From positions 1,080,001 through 1,112,000 of the forward strand of contig NC_007969.1 in assembly GCF_000013905.1 (NCBI RefSeq): a DNA stretch of 32,000 bases. The letters are read 5' to 3'. Numbering within the stretch: position 1 is the first letter of the stretch; the number at the start of each line of letters is the position of its first letter. The notes below the pieces were generated by a model that saw only the letters and a list, made by a program, of their open reading frames with translations, did no database searches and was not told where the DNA came from. Positions 1 through 8,793 of this stretch are shown here, in pieces. The stretch comes from Psychrobacter cryohalolentis K5. Lineage in GTDB: Bacteria; Pseudomonadota; Gammaproteobacteria; Pseudomonadales; Moraxellaceae. The position numbers were made by a program, and so were the translations under genes.

Positions 1-2628
1 CCTATCTTTACTAATATCAGTAATATTTTTAAAGATAACGTAATCTAATTGCATTTCTGTATTGGCAATAGCGTATGTAGTCATGAGCATTGATGAATGA
101 ATGTAATACTCAAAGCTACGATTAGGAGATATATGTCCGACTAATCCTGAAATTGCATACCATCTATCTTGAGCATCATGATTAACTCCTAATAGCCCGG
201 TCTTTACCTTGGCAATATATTGATTGTCGTAACCAGTTAACGTTTTTACAAGCTGATCGTTAGCATTCAAAACAAGTGATAAGTTAGTAATGGCTGTATG
301 TCTGAATGCGTGGAATGTATGATCCTTTGCTTCGATTAAGCTCAGTATTCTTCTCAGTACGGCAAGAGGTTCTGCATCATCAATTGGGTATTTGTCAAAT
401 GAGTGACTAAATATATAATCTGTTTTATTAAGCTCGTTCAGTTGTATATATTGATTAAAAAACTTCAATTCCTCGTCAGATAGTAGTGAGAAAACTGCTA
501 CTCGGCGGATACTACCTTGAGTTTTTGTGCTGCGGTAGATATTTGGACGAATAACTAAAGAGGGTTCACCAAGGGTAAATCCTTCAATATCTTCATACCT
601 TAATCCAAGCAACTCTTTCTTCCGCATGCCTGTACGGTATGCTAAAACAAACAACAGTTTGTACATATCCACTTCGAAGGGATCAACAACTTTTGGCATA
701 TTCAATAAAATTGCTTGATACTCTAGTGGTGAAATCCATTCGCTACGTACCACTCTTTGTGTCTGGGCCTCTTTAATACTGACTTTAGGGAAGTGATAGT
801 GTTCAACCCCTATATCATGTAACCGCTGCAGTAGCTTTGCTGAATATTGGATGTCTTTATTATCACGATAGACAGCTTTGTGCTCTAAAATCTCTTCGTA
901 GCATTCTTCAAAATCCTCACTACTGTAAGTGTTTAGAGGCTGTCCTGATAAGAAATAAAGCCACTCATAAGCTACCGAACTTAAATAGCCCTGAATGGTC
1001 TCTTTTTTAGGGCGTGGCTTTACGTTACATCTAGACAGCACAAACTGAATTAAAATCTTTTCAGCAATGTCACGCTCTTCATTTAACATCTTTGTTAAAT
1101 GATAGTTAATATCATATTCATTATTTTTGAGTTTTTCTTTTTGTTGACGAGTATTGTAGTGACTGTCTAACTGTTTATAAATACGTTTCACGATATCTAT
1201 CTTACGTACTTCCGCCAACTCAGAATACCTAACGGTATTTTTGCTGATCTTAGATAGAGGTGCCTCGATTGATAAAGAGGGTTTGTTAGTTTTATACTCT
1301 TTATTTAGTAAGTTGGAAAAATCATCTGGGAGTAGACCTGTGGTTTTACGCTTGCCTTGTGCAACTCCGATTAGAGCTTGATCAACAAAGACATTGGGCA
1401 TCATTTCCCAATGATAACTCGCATAACTTAGCAACCATGGTAGAGAAGGGACCTTATTTTTAGGTATTTGTAAGACAATACTGAGGTGGTTTCTAAGCAG
1501 TTTTTCAATATCTGTGTTCGTCCTAAACTGATAAGGATCATTAAACTTTCTACATCGGTACAACCAGCATTGGCTGATGACGTCTAGAGAGACTTGCTGA
1601 GTAATGTATAAAGAGCTCTTTCTTACATTAGGAGACTCCACTCTTTCATTACCATAATTTTTTGTAGGGTAACGTACAGAAACAATGACATGATGATCAT
1701 TGAAAGCAGTTAAGACTGGTTGATCTAACAGAGTATTGACTAAAGCCGCCAGTAATTCTTTATCATTAATCCCGCCAAAAGCTATTAGTGAGAATATAAG
1801 CGACGCTAAGGACTGATTTTGATCTTTACTTGCCGCCGCCCAATCTGCCATCATCGCTTTAGTTATTTTATTAAAAAGCTTGCCGTTTTTTACCCAGTTT
1901 TCATCAATTGATAGTGGGTTTTCCTTTACTAAAACAGGCTCACTGGGTAAAGGGTAGGCATACTCTGACTGCATATAAAACGCGTTGTAGTAGCTGACAA
2001 ATTTAGTCAAAACCTCCCAAGTATAGCGAAACTGAGCCATTGAAGTATAAATTTTAGAACAGACTTGATGTATCAGTTTTTTTGCTTGTTTTAAAAAAGC
2101 TTCGAAGTACTGTTCATCAAGTGGGTGTGTCATTAATGCTAACTGAACTAAATAATCAGCATAAGTTACTTCCCATTGCTTTAGTTTAATATCGTCAGTT
2201 GGCTTGGGGTGTTTTTCTAGGTAGATCTTTTTATATCTCTCTGTTGAAAGAATCTTGTAGCCGTAAAAGCTTTTATCTACCTTTTTTTGATTGACTAGGT
2301 TTTGAAAGTCTTGGAATGCTTGTTTTTGGATATCGTCCCATAGAGTTTGAAAAATACTTAGCAATTCATATTTTTGATAGGTACGTTTTGATACGTCATC
2401 TTGGTTTACACTCAATATGTTTTTATCGCCTTTTCGTTTGGTAAACCCAGCAATAATTTTAGGTGGAAAAACATTTTTATTTATGATTGAAGGGTTAATA
2501 GGCTGTTTTTTTACCTCACGCGGCTTACTTTTGTTCTTGCGTTTAGATTTCTGAGTTTGCTGCGGCTTTGCTAATTCTTTGCGCGGCTTGTGGCTATCGT
2601 TATTTGATTTATTTTTTAATGGTTTCAT
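1..2628 (-). CDS. Large tyrosine recombinase (phage-integrase fold), partial: 3' end runs off the left edge (at least 876 codons)
   Basis: Absent from the ORF track because it has no stop in the window. The reverse frame is open from the ATG at 2628-2626 to base 1 in my own translation. Catalytic set is readable: YRTGMRKKELLGL (about 600-660), HAFRHTAITN (about 298-330), GLVGHISPNRSFEYYIHS (YY codons at 103-108), giving R...HxxR...H...Y. It starts 6 nt after the stop of the upstream recombinase-like gene. Confidence 0.8.
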   Translation of the reverse strand, partial: MKPLKNKSNNDSHKPRKELAKPQQTQKSKRKNKSKPREVKKQPINPSIINKNVFPPKIIAGFTKRKGDKNILSVNQDDVSKRTYQKYELLSIFQTLWDDIQKQAFQDFQNLVNQKKVDKSFYGYKILSTERYKKIYLEKHPKPTDDIKLKQWEVTYADYLVQLALMTHPLDEQYFEAFLKQAKKLIHQVCSKIYTSMAQFRYTWEVLTKFVSYYNAFYMQSEYAYPLPSEPVLVKENPLSIDENWVKNGKLFNKITKAMMADWAAASKDQNQSLASLIFSLIAFGGINDKELLAALVNTLLDQPVLTAFNDHHVIVSVRYPTKNYGNERVESPNVRKSSLYITQQVSLDVISQCWLYRCRKFNDPYQFRTNTDIEKLLRNHLSIVLQIPKNKVPSLPWLLSYASYHWEMMPNVFVDQALIGVAQGKRKTTGLLPDDFSNLLNKEYKTNKPSLSIEAPLSKISKNTVRYSELAEVRKIDIVKRIYKQLDSHYNTRQQKEKLKNNEYDINYHLTKMLNEERDIAEKILIQFVLSRCNVKPRPKKETIQGYLSSVAYEWLYFLSGQPLNTYSSEDFEECYEEILEHKAVYRDNKDIQYSAKLLQRLHDIGVEHYHFPKVSIKEAQTQRVVRSEWISPLEYQAILLNMPKVVDPFEVDMYKLLFVLAYRTGMRKKELLGLRYEDIEGFTLGEPSLVIRPNIYRSTKTQGSIRRVAVFSLLSDEELKFFNQYIQLNELNKTDYIFSHSFDKYPIDDAEPLAVLRRILSLIEAKDHTFHAFRHTAITNLSLVLNANDQLVKTLTGYDNQYIAKVKTGLLGVNHDAQDRWYAISGLVGHISPNRSFEYYIHSSMLMTTYAIANTEMQLDYVIFKNITDISKDR

Positions 2629-2634
2629 TTGCTA

Positions 2635-5019
2635 TCACATTCTTAAATTCATTTGTTGTGCGATTTCCTCAAAGGTATCACGCACTTGCCAAATTTGTTG
2701 CTTGTTTACTGATGAGAATTGTCCCAATGCTTCTTGTCGGTTTTTTTCGTGACCAATCACTGTGTTAATCAAGATCATTGAAACGCCAAGCTTTTCAAGT
2801 TGGGTACGTAAGAAGTGCCGTGTCCAATAAGAATCCTCAAAAGGCATGTAATCTGCTAACAGTTTTGAGATATGGCTTCGCTTGATTTTAATAAGTTTAT
2901 CGTAATTATCTGATAGTATATTTAGGAGGGTTAACTCATCTTGCTCTTGTTTGATCTGATGAATCATTTTATCGACCTTGGCAGTCGCATAAGGCTGATA
3001 ATCGACAAGAAATAATTGGTACTTTTTTAAAATCGCCAAAAGAGTAGGGCACAGTGGAATTAGCCGATGGTTTTTGACAACCTTGTTAGGTTTGTCAGCA
3101 ACTTCATACCAGCCTGTCTCTAAGTCAATATCTTTAACATTAGTCAGTCCATTATTTGGGCGAGTGCCGGTCAACAAACAAAACTGGATCCAAACAAGAG
3201 CACTATACCTATTAAAGCGCTCCTCCTTATCACCGCTATTACCAACCCATACCCATAGGTTCTGTAAAAAAATATTGACGTACTCTAATGTCAAAGCAAA
3301 TCCAGAGCCTGTAGTAAAATCTGTTCTGGTGCTCGGCTGGCTAATAAAACTATCGTCTAATTGATTATCATAGTTAAGCAGCTCTATCGCTTGACGATAA
3401 CGATTAACAAGAAAATCGTTACTATGGCTGCTGTAGTAGGTAGAGGGCGCAAGAGATGCTGGTATTCGACAAATCAGATCAGCAATATGTTGATTACTAC
3501 CCTGAATGTATCTGTGTAAGATGATATGTAAAGCGGTTTCAATCCGTACTATTGATAGATAGGGTAAGTTTATCTCTTCCTTTATAGCCCGAATATAGTC
3601 TAAGATATCCTCCTTGCTTGATAAATTTCTTTCATTAGAAAGGAGTTTTATTAATCCCATTGGCATGGGCAGACGGATGATACTTTCTTGGTTTTCGTGG
3701 ATACTTGCATCATACTCCTGCTTGCGATCAGTGATTTGCAGCTGATACTGCAAATATGCAGTATCTTCCAAAACGGTGAATAACCCAGAACCTGAAATGA
3801 AACCAGTTGTCATTAAAAACTCTACAGGAACGGCTGTCATCATTGATAGGAGTAAGATTAAAGAGGCTTTATTGTGTTTATAGTCGTATCGATGTGAATC
3901 TATCGCTAATCTGCCAAAAACCTGTTTTAAGCCTGCGACAGAAAGCGTTCGGACATTAGAGTTAAGCTCTAATTCTCTCTGACTAATATAACTATGATGA
4001 ACGTTTTTTTCTATCCTATGTAACGGTTGCATGTAACGAATTTTCTTATCAGGCAAATCTAAACTGACAATTAGTGGACGTTCTAAAGTATCAATATATT
4101 CTTCAATATTTCTAGGTTTTGTTGAGTTTGGTGAGTACAGTTCATAATCAAAATTTGGTATTGCAGGATGTTGATAGTATAAATGTGGAGCATCGTTTTC
4201 AATATCGTATCTACTCAGATTCCAATAACTATTCTCTATCCAGGTTGAACCGTCTACAAAACTAGCTAACTGTTCGGTAATCTCGCTTTTAAAAGTATTT
4301 AAATATTTTTCTTCAGCATCTTCATTTTTACCTTGCCGAGTGATTTTTTTATGTGGATAGTAGGCTTGTTCAAAGCATTTAACAATCGCATCAAGCTGAT
4401 TGATTTTTTTACTGCGTAATTTGATGGTTGCGTCACTTTCCACAGTTCTAGTTAGTAGCTCGTTTCGCACTTCTTGTTCGTACGCTATTTTTCTTAATTG
4501 GGCTATAAAAAATCTATGGAGAAAGTCTACTGTATCTGATAAGCCTTCAATATCGTCAAGTTTTGGTAATATCTCCCAAATCCATCTGTTGTTGTTAGAT
4601 TTAAAAAATACGGGTAATTTGAATCGGTTAATTATATTCGTTAAATGCCTCTTTGCTTTTTTGTGATGTGATAATAACAAATACGTGTGAATGGATATGC
4701 ATAACCATATTATTTCTTTGTGCTCATCACGGGTTAAGTTAGCTACCAAGAAAAGTGGTTGTAGAATCGGAGGTAATGCATTAAGTGTCTTTTTACTGAC
4801 TTCTTCTTGAAAAAGCAAACCGTTTTTTATAGCTATCAACTGCTCTATTAAAGGTGGCGATCGTTGTTGAACGCTTAAATTAATTAAAGTGGCAATTTCC
4901 TTTAGTGAGGCTATCCAGTTCTCAGTGTAGTTATATTCATCTTCAACACTTAAAAAATCAACTTGCTCAATAAGCTGGCTATCCGTCAAAAGAACAATTT
5001 GATTACCATCATCAGGCAT
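2635..5019 (-). CDS. Large tyrosine-recombinase-like protein (794 aa) with Phe at the expected nucleophile position
   Basis: The C-terminal third shows LLTGTRPNNGLTNVKDIDL (box I Arg), HRLIPLCPTLL, WTRHFLRTQL (HxxR) and VIGHEKNRQEALGQFSS. The residue 11 positions after the GH His is Phe (TTC, 2716-2718), and there is no Tyr anywhere in the last 41 residues. The gene is tightly packed between the 179-aa ORF and the next recombinase. Confidence 0.75.
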   Translation of the reverse strand: MPDDGNQIVLLTDSQLIEQVDFLSVEDEYNYTENWIASLKEIATLINLSVQQRSPPLIEQLIAIKNGLLFQEEVSKKTLNALPPILQPLFLVANLTRDEHKEIIWLCISIHTYLLLSHHKKAKRHLTNIINRFKLPVFFKSNNNRWIWEILPKLDDIEGLSDTVDFLHRFFIAQLRKIAYEQEVRNELLTRTVESDATIKLRSKKINQLDAIVKCFEQAYYPHKKITRQGKNEDAEEKYLNTFKSEITEQLASFVDGSTWIENSYWNLSRYDIENDAPHLYYQHPAIPNFDYELYSPNSTKPRNIEEYIDTLERPLIVSLDLPDKKIRYMQPLHRIEKNVHHSYISQRELELNSNVRTLSVAGLKQVFGRLAIDSHRYDYKHNKASLILLLSMMTAVPVEFLMTTGFISGSGLFTVLEDTAYLQYQLQITDRKQEYDASIHENQESIIRLPMPMGLIKLLSNERNLSSKEDILDYIRAIKEEINLPYLSIVRIETALHIILHRYIQGSNQHIADLICRIPASLAPSTYYSSHSNDFLVNRYRQAIELLNYDNQLDDSFISQPSTRTDFTTGSGFALTLEYVNIFLQNLWVWVGNSGDKEERFNRYSALVWIQFCLLTGTRPNNGLTNVKDIDLETGWYEVADKPNKVVKNHRLIPLCPTLLAILKKYQLFLVDYQPYATAKVDKMIHQIKQEQDELTLLNILSDNYDKLIKIKRSHISKLLADYMPFEDSYWTRHFLRTQLEKLGVSMILINTVIGHEKNRQEALGQFSSVNKQQIWQVRDTFEEIAQQMNLRM

Positions 5020-5030
5020 TATATTCCTCG

Positions 5031-5570
5031 CTATTTTTTTGACTCATTTCGTGCGTTATCGTATGTATTTTTATGGATGTTCATGTGTCTGCAAAACAGC
5101 AGGATAGTATAACTATTAAGATTAAATAAATACTGACACTGTTTTGTGGTCAAAGCTGTTTTCAACTCTTGATGGATATTGTAATAATTTAAATTTTCTT
5201 GGTATCGTATGGCTCTATTGAGTATGTTAATTAACTCATAAAAAATATTTTCCAACCTATGAAGTTTAAGGAATTCATCGTTATTAACACATATGCAGTG
5301 TAATTGTCTATCTGTAGCATGATGTATGTATTTTTTACAGAAGAAAGCCAAAATATAGTTATTTAAGAAGATGAAATCTTTATCTGTGATTGCAACCAAT
5401 GTAGTAGTAGCTAAAGCTCTTTCAATTTCTATCTCAAGAAAGCCATCTTCTAGTTTTGATAAGATCTCATAAGTTAGAATATAAAGTTGCTTAAACTCGT
5501 CATGATAAGTAATAAACTGCTCTGAGATATAACTGAGTGAGTATTGTTTTAATTTCACTTTATAATCCAT
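5031..5570 (-). CDS. Hypothetical 179-aa protein, first gene of the recombinase operon
   Basis: ORF on the same strand, ending 11 nt upstream of the 794-aa gene. No motif recognised. Its position resembles the small accessory genes of multi-recombinase elements. Confidence 0.45.
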   Translation of the reverse strand: MDYKVKLKQYSLSYISEQFITYHDEFKQLYILTYEILSKLEDGFLEIEIERALATTTLVAITDKDFIFLNNYILAFFCKKYIHHATDRQLHCICVNNDEFLKLHRLENIFYELINILNRAIRYQENLNYYNIHQELKTALTTKQCQYLFNLNSYTILLFCRHMNIHKNTYDNARNESKK

Positions 5571-5664
5571 TATCTGATAATGTTGCAGGATGCATGCTCA
5601 GTAATTAGGGGAGGGGTACGCTATAAGCAGGCTTTCATAATTGAAGCCATCAAAGATTCAATGG

Positions 5665-6555
5665 TTAATATATCTTTTCTAAAAAAGGCTTCCAGCATAA
5701 GCGTGGTAACTTCATACATATTGGAGCAGACAAAGTTAAATAAGAACTAGAATAGGTAGATAACACATTCCTCATATGTTTAAGTTGAGACTCATAATGC
5801 TGCTCTGCATGAATTTCAGCTTCATATTGACTGCGTAATGTTACATTATAAAAAACTGAAGTATTTTTGTATTGGCGAAAACATAATTCATAAATACTAT
5901 CTTGAAAAAGAAGTTTGTTTTTAATCTCATGGTCAATTTGTGCGTGTAGTATTGTATCTTTGAGCAATTCTTTTACACTTTTCTCAAAATCATCTATGTA
6001 GTAATTCATAGATATTTTAAATAAGGTTTTACGTTTAGGTGTCAGATACTCACCAACATATAGGGCTTCAACCGATAATCTATATGTGTGTGAGTTTGTA
6101 GTTAATGGGACACAATTATTTGATTTAAAATCTTTCTTCCGTAATGTGTAATACCGCTCTGCTACATTTTTTTTAGATTGTGCTGCTGCAATAGCTTCAG
6201 TATATGACTCGTAACTTTTTCTTGCCATCTGGCATTGCTCAGTACTAATCTTCCAAGCTAAGTTCCTATGATATGCTGGGGGTAAAACCGTAATGATCTC
6301 ACCATTACGTTCATCTTGGATAGCCACATAGAAGAACGTGTCCTTAGGGCTAAAAAATAGCAAATGACGACGATATGAACCTGCATGCTGCCCGATGTTC
6401 ACACATGCGCCATTATCAATCAGGCTCATTAATTCTATACTATCCATAGATGTACGCTGAGCAATGCGTTTGGCGGCATGAGAAGATGGATAGGCAAAAC
6501 GTTGTTGACGGAAAATAAAAGCTTTCTGTTCCTTGCTACTCATAAGATCACCCAC
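5665..6555 (-). CDS. Hypothetical protein; N-terminus weakly resembles a DUF4258-type (H-x-x-x-R..QR) small toxin fold
   Basis: 296-aa ORF. The track start is GTG at 6555, but the ATG at 6543 preceded by GGTGGGTGA looks like a better start. The N-terminal SSHAAKRIAQRTSMDSIELMSLIDNG ... EIITVLP pattern recalls DUF4258 from memory only. Confidence 0.45.
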   Translation of the reverse strand: MGDLMSSKEQKAFIFRQQRFAYPSSHAAKRIAQRTSMDSIELMSLIDNGACVNIGQHAGSYRRHLLFFSPKDTFFYVAIQDERNGEIITVLPPAYHRNLAWKISTEQCQMARKSYESYTEAIAAAQSKKNVAERYYTLRKKDFKSNNCVPLTTNSHTYRLSVEALYVGEYLTPKRKTLFKISMNYYIDDFEKSVKELLKDTILHAQIDHEIKNKLLFQDSIYELCFRQYKNTSVFYNVTLRSQYEAEIHAEQHYESQLKHMRNVLSTYSSSYLTLSAPICMKLPRLCWKPFLEKIY

Positions 6556-6565
6556 CTAATTAAAT

Positions 6566-7050
6566 TTAGTTGTTATCAAGCTGAGTCTGACGAAAGGAGA
6601 TCAATATCTAAGCATTCTTAATGACTATGTAGCTCAATGTACCCTATTGTTGAGAGTGAGATTATCAGACTTTATAGTTATGCAACGATAGGTGAACCTT
6701 GTGTCGATAACTATAATTGGCAAGCAAAAAAACTTACTAATGTGATTGGGGCGTTATACGAAAATAGGCTATTTACGCTTGATTAATTTGAAAAAAACGT
6801 TAATGGCAATATCTTCTATGACTAGTTTAAGTACATGCTAATTTCAATCCTTGAGACCAAATGCGTGATTCTGATGGACAATGGAAGCTTTCACAAACGC
6901 GTGTAAAGACTACTTAATAGGTATGGTAATCGTTTATGATTTCTACCACCTACAGTCCTGAGCTAAATTCAGTCGAAAAAATGGGCACAGTATAAATTTC
7001 TATGCCAAGGCTAGATAGAGAATAATCTGCCTAAAATAATTTTATCATAT
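6566..7050 (+). pseudogene. Decayed IS630-family (Tc1/mariner-like) transposase remnant, roughly the C-terminal two thirds
   Basis: Piecing frames together gives YQAESDERR / DQYLSILNDYV / PIVESEIIRLYSYATIGEPCVDNYNWQAKKLTNVIGALYENRLFTLD* / FEKNVNGNIFYD*FKYMLISILETKCVILMDNGSFHKRV* / FLPP / YSPELNSVEKMGTV*. These match the IS630 hallmarks (DEsG region, NvIGAL, vimDNasFHK, LPPYSPELNpiEk). The remnant is interrupted by at least 4 stops and about 3 frameshifts. Confidence 0.6.
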
Positions 7051-7064
7051 AGGATGTTCCAGTT

Positions 7065-7739
7065 TTATATTGAGCTGACTATATATGTTTCTTTATCTAT
7101 TACTGGATAGAAAGGTTTGCCCCAATCCATCTTGCTATGATGAGCCATCATAATCTCTAGCATCAATGGCAAGATAGAGGACAAAATAGCGCCACTATCC
7201 TTGATTTGAGCCCGATTTACTTTACCATTATGCGTAGCACCGCCATGAATAATTTGATTACGTAACGTATATAAGCGGTCGAACACTACAGCCAGTACTG
7301 TATCGGTATCCTTATTGCTCAATGCACGATGTACTTTATCTTTTGCGCGTTTAAAGTCCTCTTCCCAAGCCTGTTGACTGATCTGCCCGTTATGGTAGTC
7401 CCAAAATGGCTGAAAAGTATACTGGTTTTCTAACAGTATGCGAATGCTGCCAGAATAGGTTTCCCACACTAGTTTATAAATTTGCTGGTCAGTATCTAAT
7501 CGGCATATTAATTGTAAAAATCGCCTAAATTCACTACGCTCAGAGCTACTCGAAAATAGCGCCACTTCACGAGCGTAAGCGGCATTAAAGGCTATCCATA
7601 GGGTAATAAAGCGAATATCATCATCATTAACACTGACCGCTTTAGCAAGCCAGCTCAGAGAACGGTGCATACGTAAGCGAAAAGGGTCGGAGAATTCAGA
7701 CTTTTGAGATTGGTAACGGTTCAACACAACATCAGACAT
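7065..7739 (-). CDS. HEPN-domain protein (Rx4H motif), last gene of the operon
   Basis: 224-aa ORF containing LYTLRNQIIHGGATH (R-N-x3-H, DNA about 7240-7268), the canonical HEPN RNase motif, in an all-helical-looking protein. It lies 42 nt downstream of the preceding gene on the same strand. Confidence 0.65.
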   Translation of the reverse strand: MSDVVLNRYQSQKSEFSDPFRLRMHRSLSWLAKAVSVNDDDIRFITLWIAFNAAYAREVALFSSSSERSEFRRFLQLICRLDTDQQIYKLVWETYSGSIRILLENQYTFQPFWDYHNGQISQQAWEEDFKRAKDKVHRALSNKDTDTVLAVVFDRLYTLRNQIIHGGATHNGKVNRAQIKDSGAILSSILPLMLEIMMAHHSKMDWGKPFYPVIDKETYIVSSI

Positions 7740-7781
7740 TTAATTAGTACCATATATAGTTTTTAATGATTAAAAACCGAC

Positions 7782-8153
7782 TTATAGAAAGTCGTCTTGC
7801 ATAGTCACTTTCTGCTGAGGGTGAAGAATAACTGCTATACCATGTTCCTCATCCCAAGAACAATTACAGAGTAAAGCAAACTCTCCATCACGGTTAAACT
7901 GTAATGCAGTAGGTTGGACCACAGAATTAGTAATATTGTTTGTCCCTGTATAATCGTTTAACAGTTCTAAAGATTTTAACTCAAAGTCTGAATGATTGTT
8001 ATCGAAAAGTTTGTAGGATTGCTCTTGCTCATTAGTAACATGCTCTCCTTGAAACGCACTGAAAACGCAATCTATTACAAAATCCTGTTTATTAAGCTTA
8101 AATTTAATAGGTTTCCGCCAGCCATATTTAAATGATAGGTTTGAAATATCCAT
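7782..8153 (-). CDS. Small acidic protein, putative cognate immunity/antitoxin of the upstream nuclease
   Basis: 123-aa ORF starting 10 nt after the nuclease stop, with an AAGGA Shine-Dalgarno. No catalytic motif. The call rests on position only, following the toxin-then-immunity order typical of polymorphic toxin loci. Confidence 0.4.
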   Translation of the reverse strand: MDISNLSFKYGWRKPIKFKLNKQDFVIDCVFSAFQGEHVTNEQEQSYKLFDNNHSDFELKSLELLNDYTGTNNITNSVVQPTALQFNRDGEFALLCNCSWDEEHGIAVILHPQQKVTMQDDFL

Positions 8154-8163
8154 TTTGTAATCC

Positions 8164-8793
8164 TTAGTTATTTGTAATTAACAGCTGTTTTTTGGCAACA
8201 GATATACCACCTTCATGAGGGATGTTATTGTGTACTTCAGAAGGAACAAGTTGCATAGTTTGACAGTCTTTGCATTCATGCCAAGTATAACCATTTTCTT
8301 TACGCCAATTAGCAACCTCTCTAGGTGTGCATTCCCACTTTTCAGCAAGTTTTTCATCAGCTTGAGGAAAGTTCATGTTTCTTTCAGTTGTGAAGTTATC
8401 TATTTTTACTTCATCCTTCATTATTTCCGAAAAATCCGGTTCACCATCTTTAAAAGATATTCCATCAATACCATATTTTTCTTTGAGCTCACCCCAAGTT
8501 AAATTATCCGGATTAGCTTTTAAAGGTATAAAGTTATCATCAGGATTCCATGTTGAGTTGCCCACTTCATCTACCCAATCACCATTACTTACTGGTAGAT
8601 AGGCATTAGATGGACTGATTTCGAGAGACTGTGGATAATACTCTGTAGACCAAGGCTGATCACTAGCAAAGATATTACCTCCCTTATTATTAGGAAAGGT
8701 ATCCCAACATCCATCTTTAGAAAGTAGACTTTCATCAATAATAGGCTTATCGAGTGTTTTCAAAACCTCACTTTGTTTAATAAACTCGATCAT
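8164..8793 (-). CDS. HNH/EndoVII-superfamily nuclease toxin domain protein (WHH / GH-E-like)
   Basis: The C-terminus reads GYTWHECKDCQTMQLVPSEVHNNIPHEGGISVAKK (DNA about 8195-8293). This matches the remembered WHH-family pattern tWHH..g.mqLVp..lH....HtGG. Its start ATG overlaps the ATPase stop (ATGA at 8790-8793). No signal peptide, PAAR, Rhs or LXG-like N-terminus is visible. Confidence 0.7.
   Translation of the reverse strand: MIEFIKQSEVLKTLDKPIIDESLLSKDGCWDTFPNNKGGNIFASDQPWSTEYYPQSLEISPSNAYLPVSNGDWVDEVGNSTWNPDDNFIPLKANPDNLTWGELKEKYGIDGISFKDGEPDFSEIMKDEVKIDNFTTERNMNFPQADEKLAEKWECTPREVANWRKENGYTWHECKDCQTMQLVPSEVHNNIPHEGGISVAKKQLLITNN

Noticed and set aside
2568-4666. Plus-strand track ORFs 2568..2768, 3074..3364 and 4400..4666 inside the recombinase genes
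   Set aside because: They are short and lie entirely antisense within long minus-strand ORFs that carry clear integrase motifs. Their sequences are hydrophobic and low-complexity, typical of shadow frames in AT-rich DNA. No Shine-Dalgarno is present.
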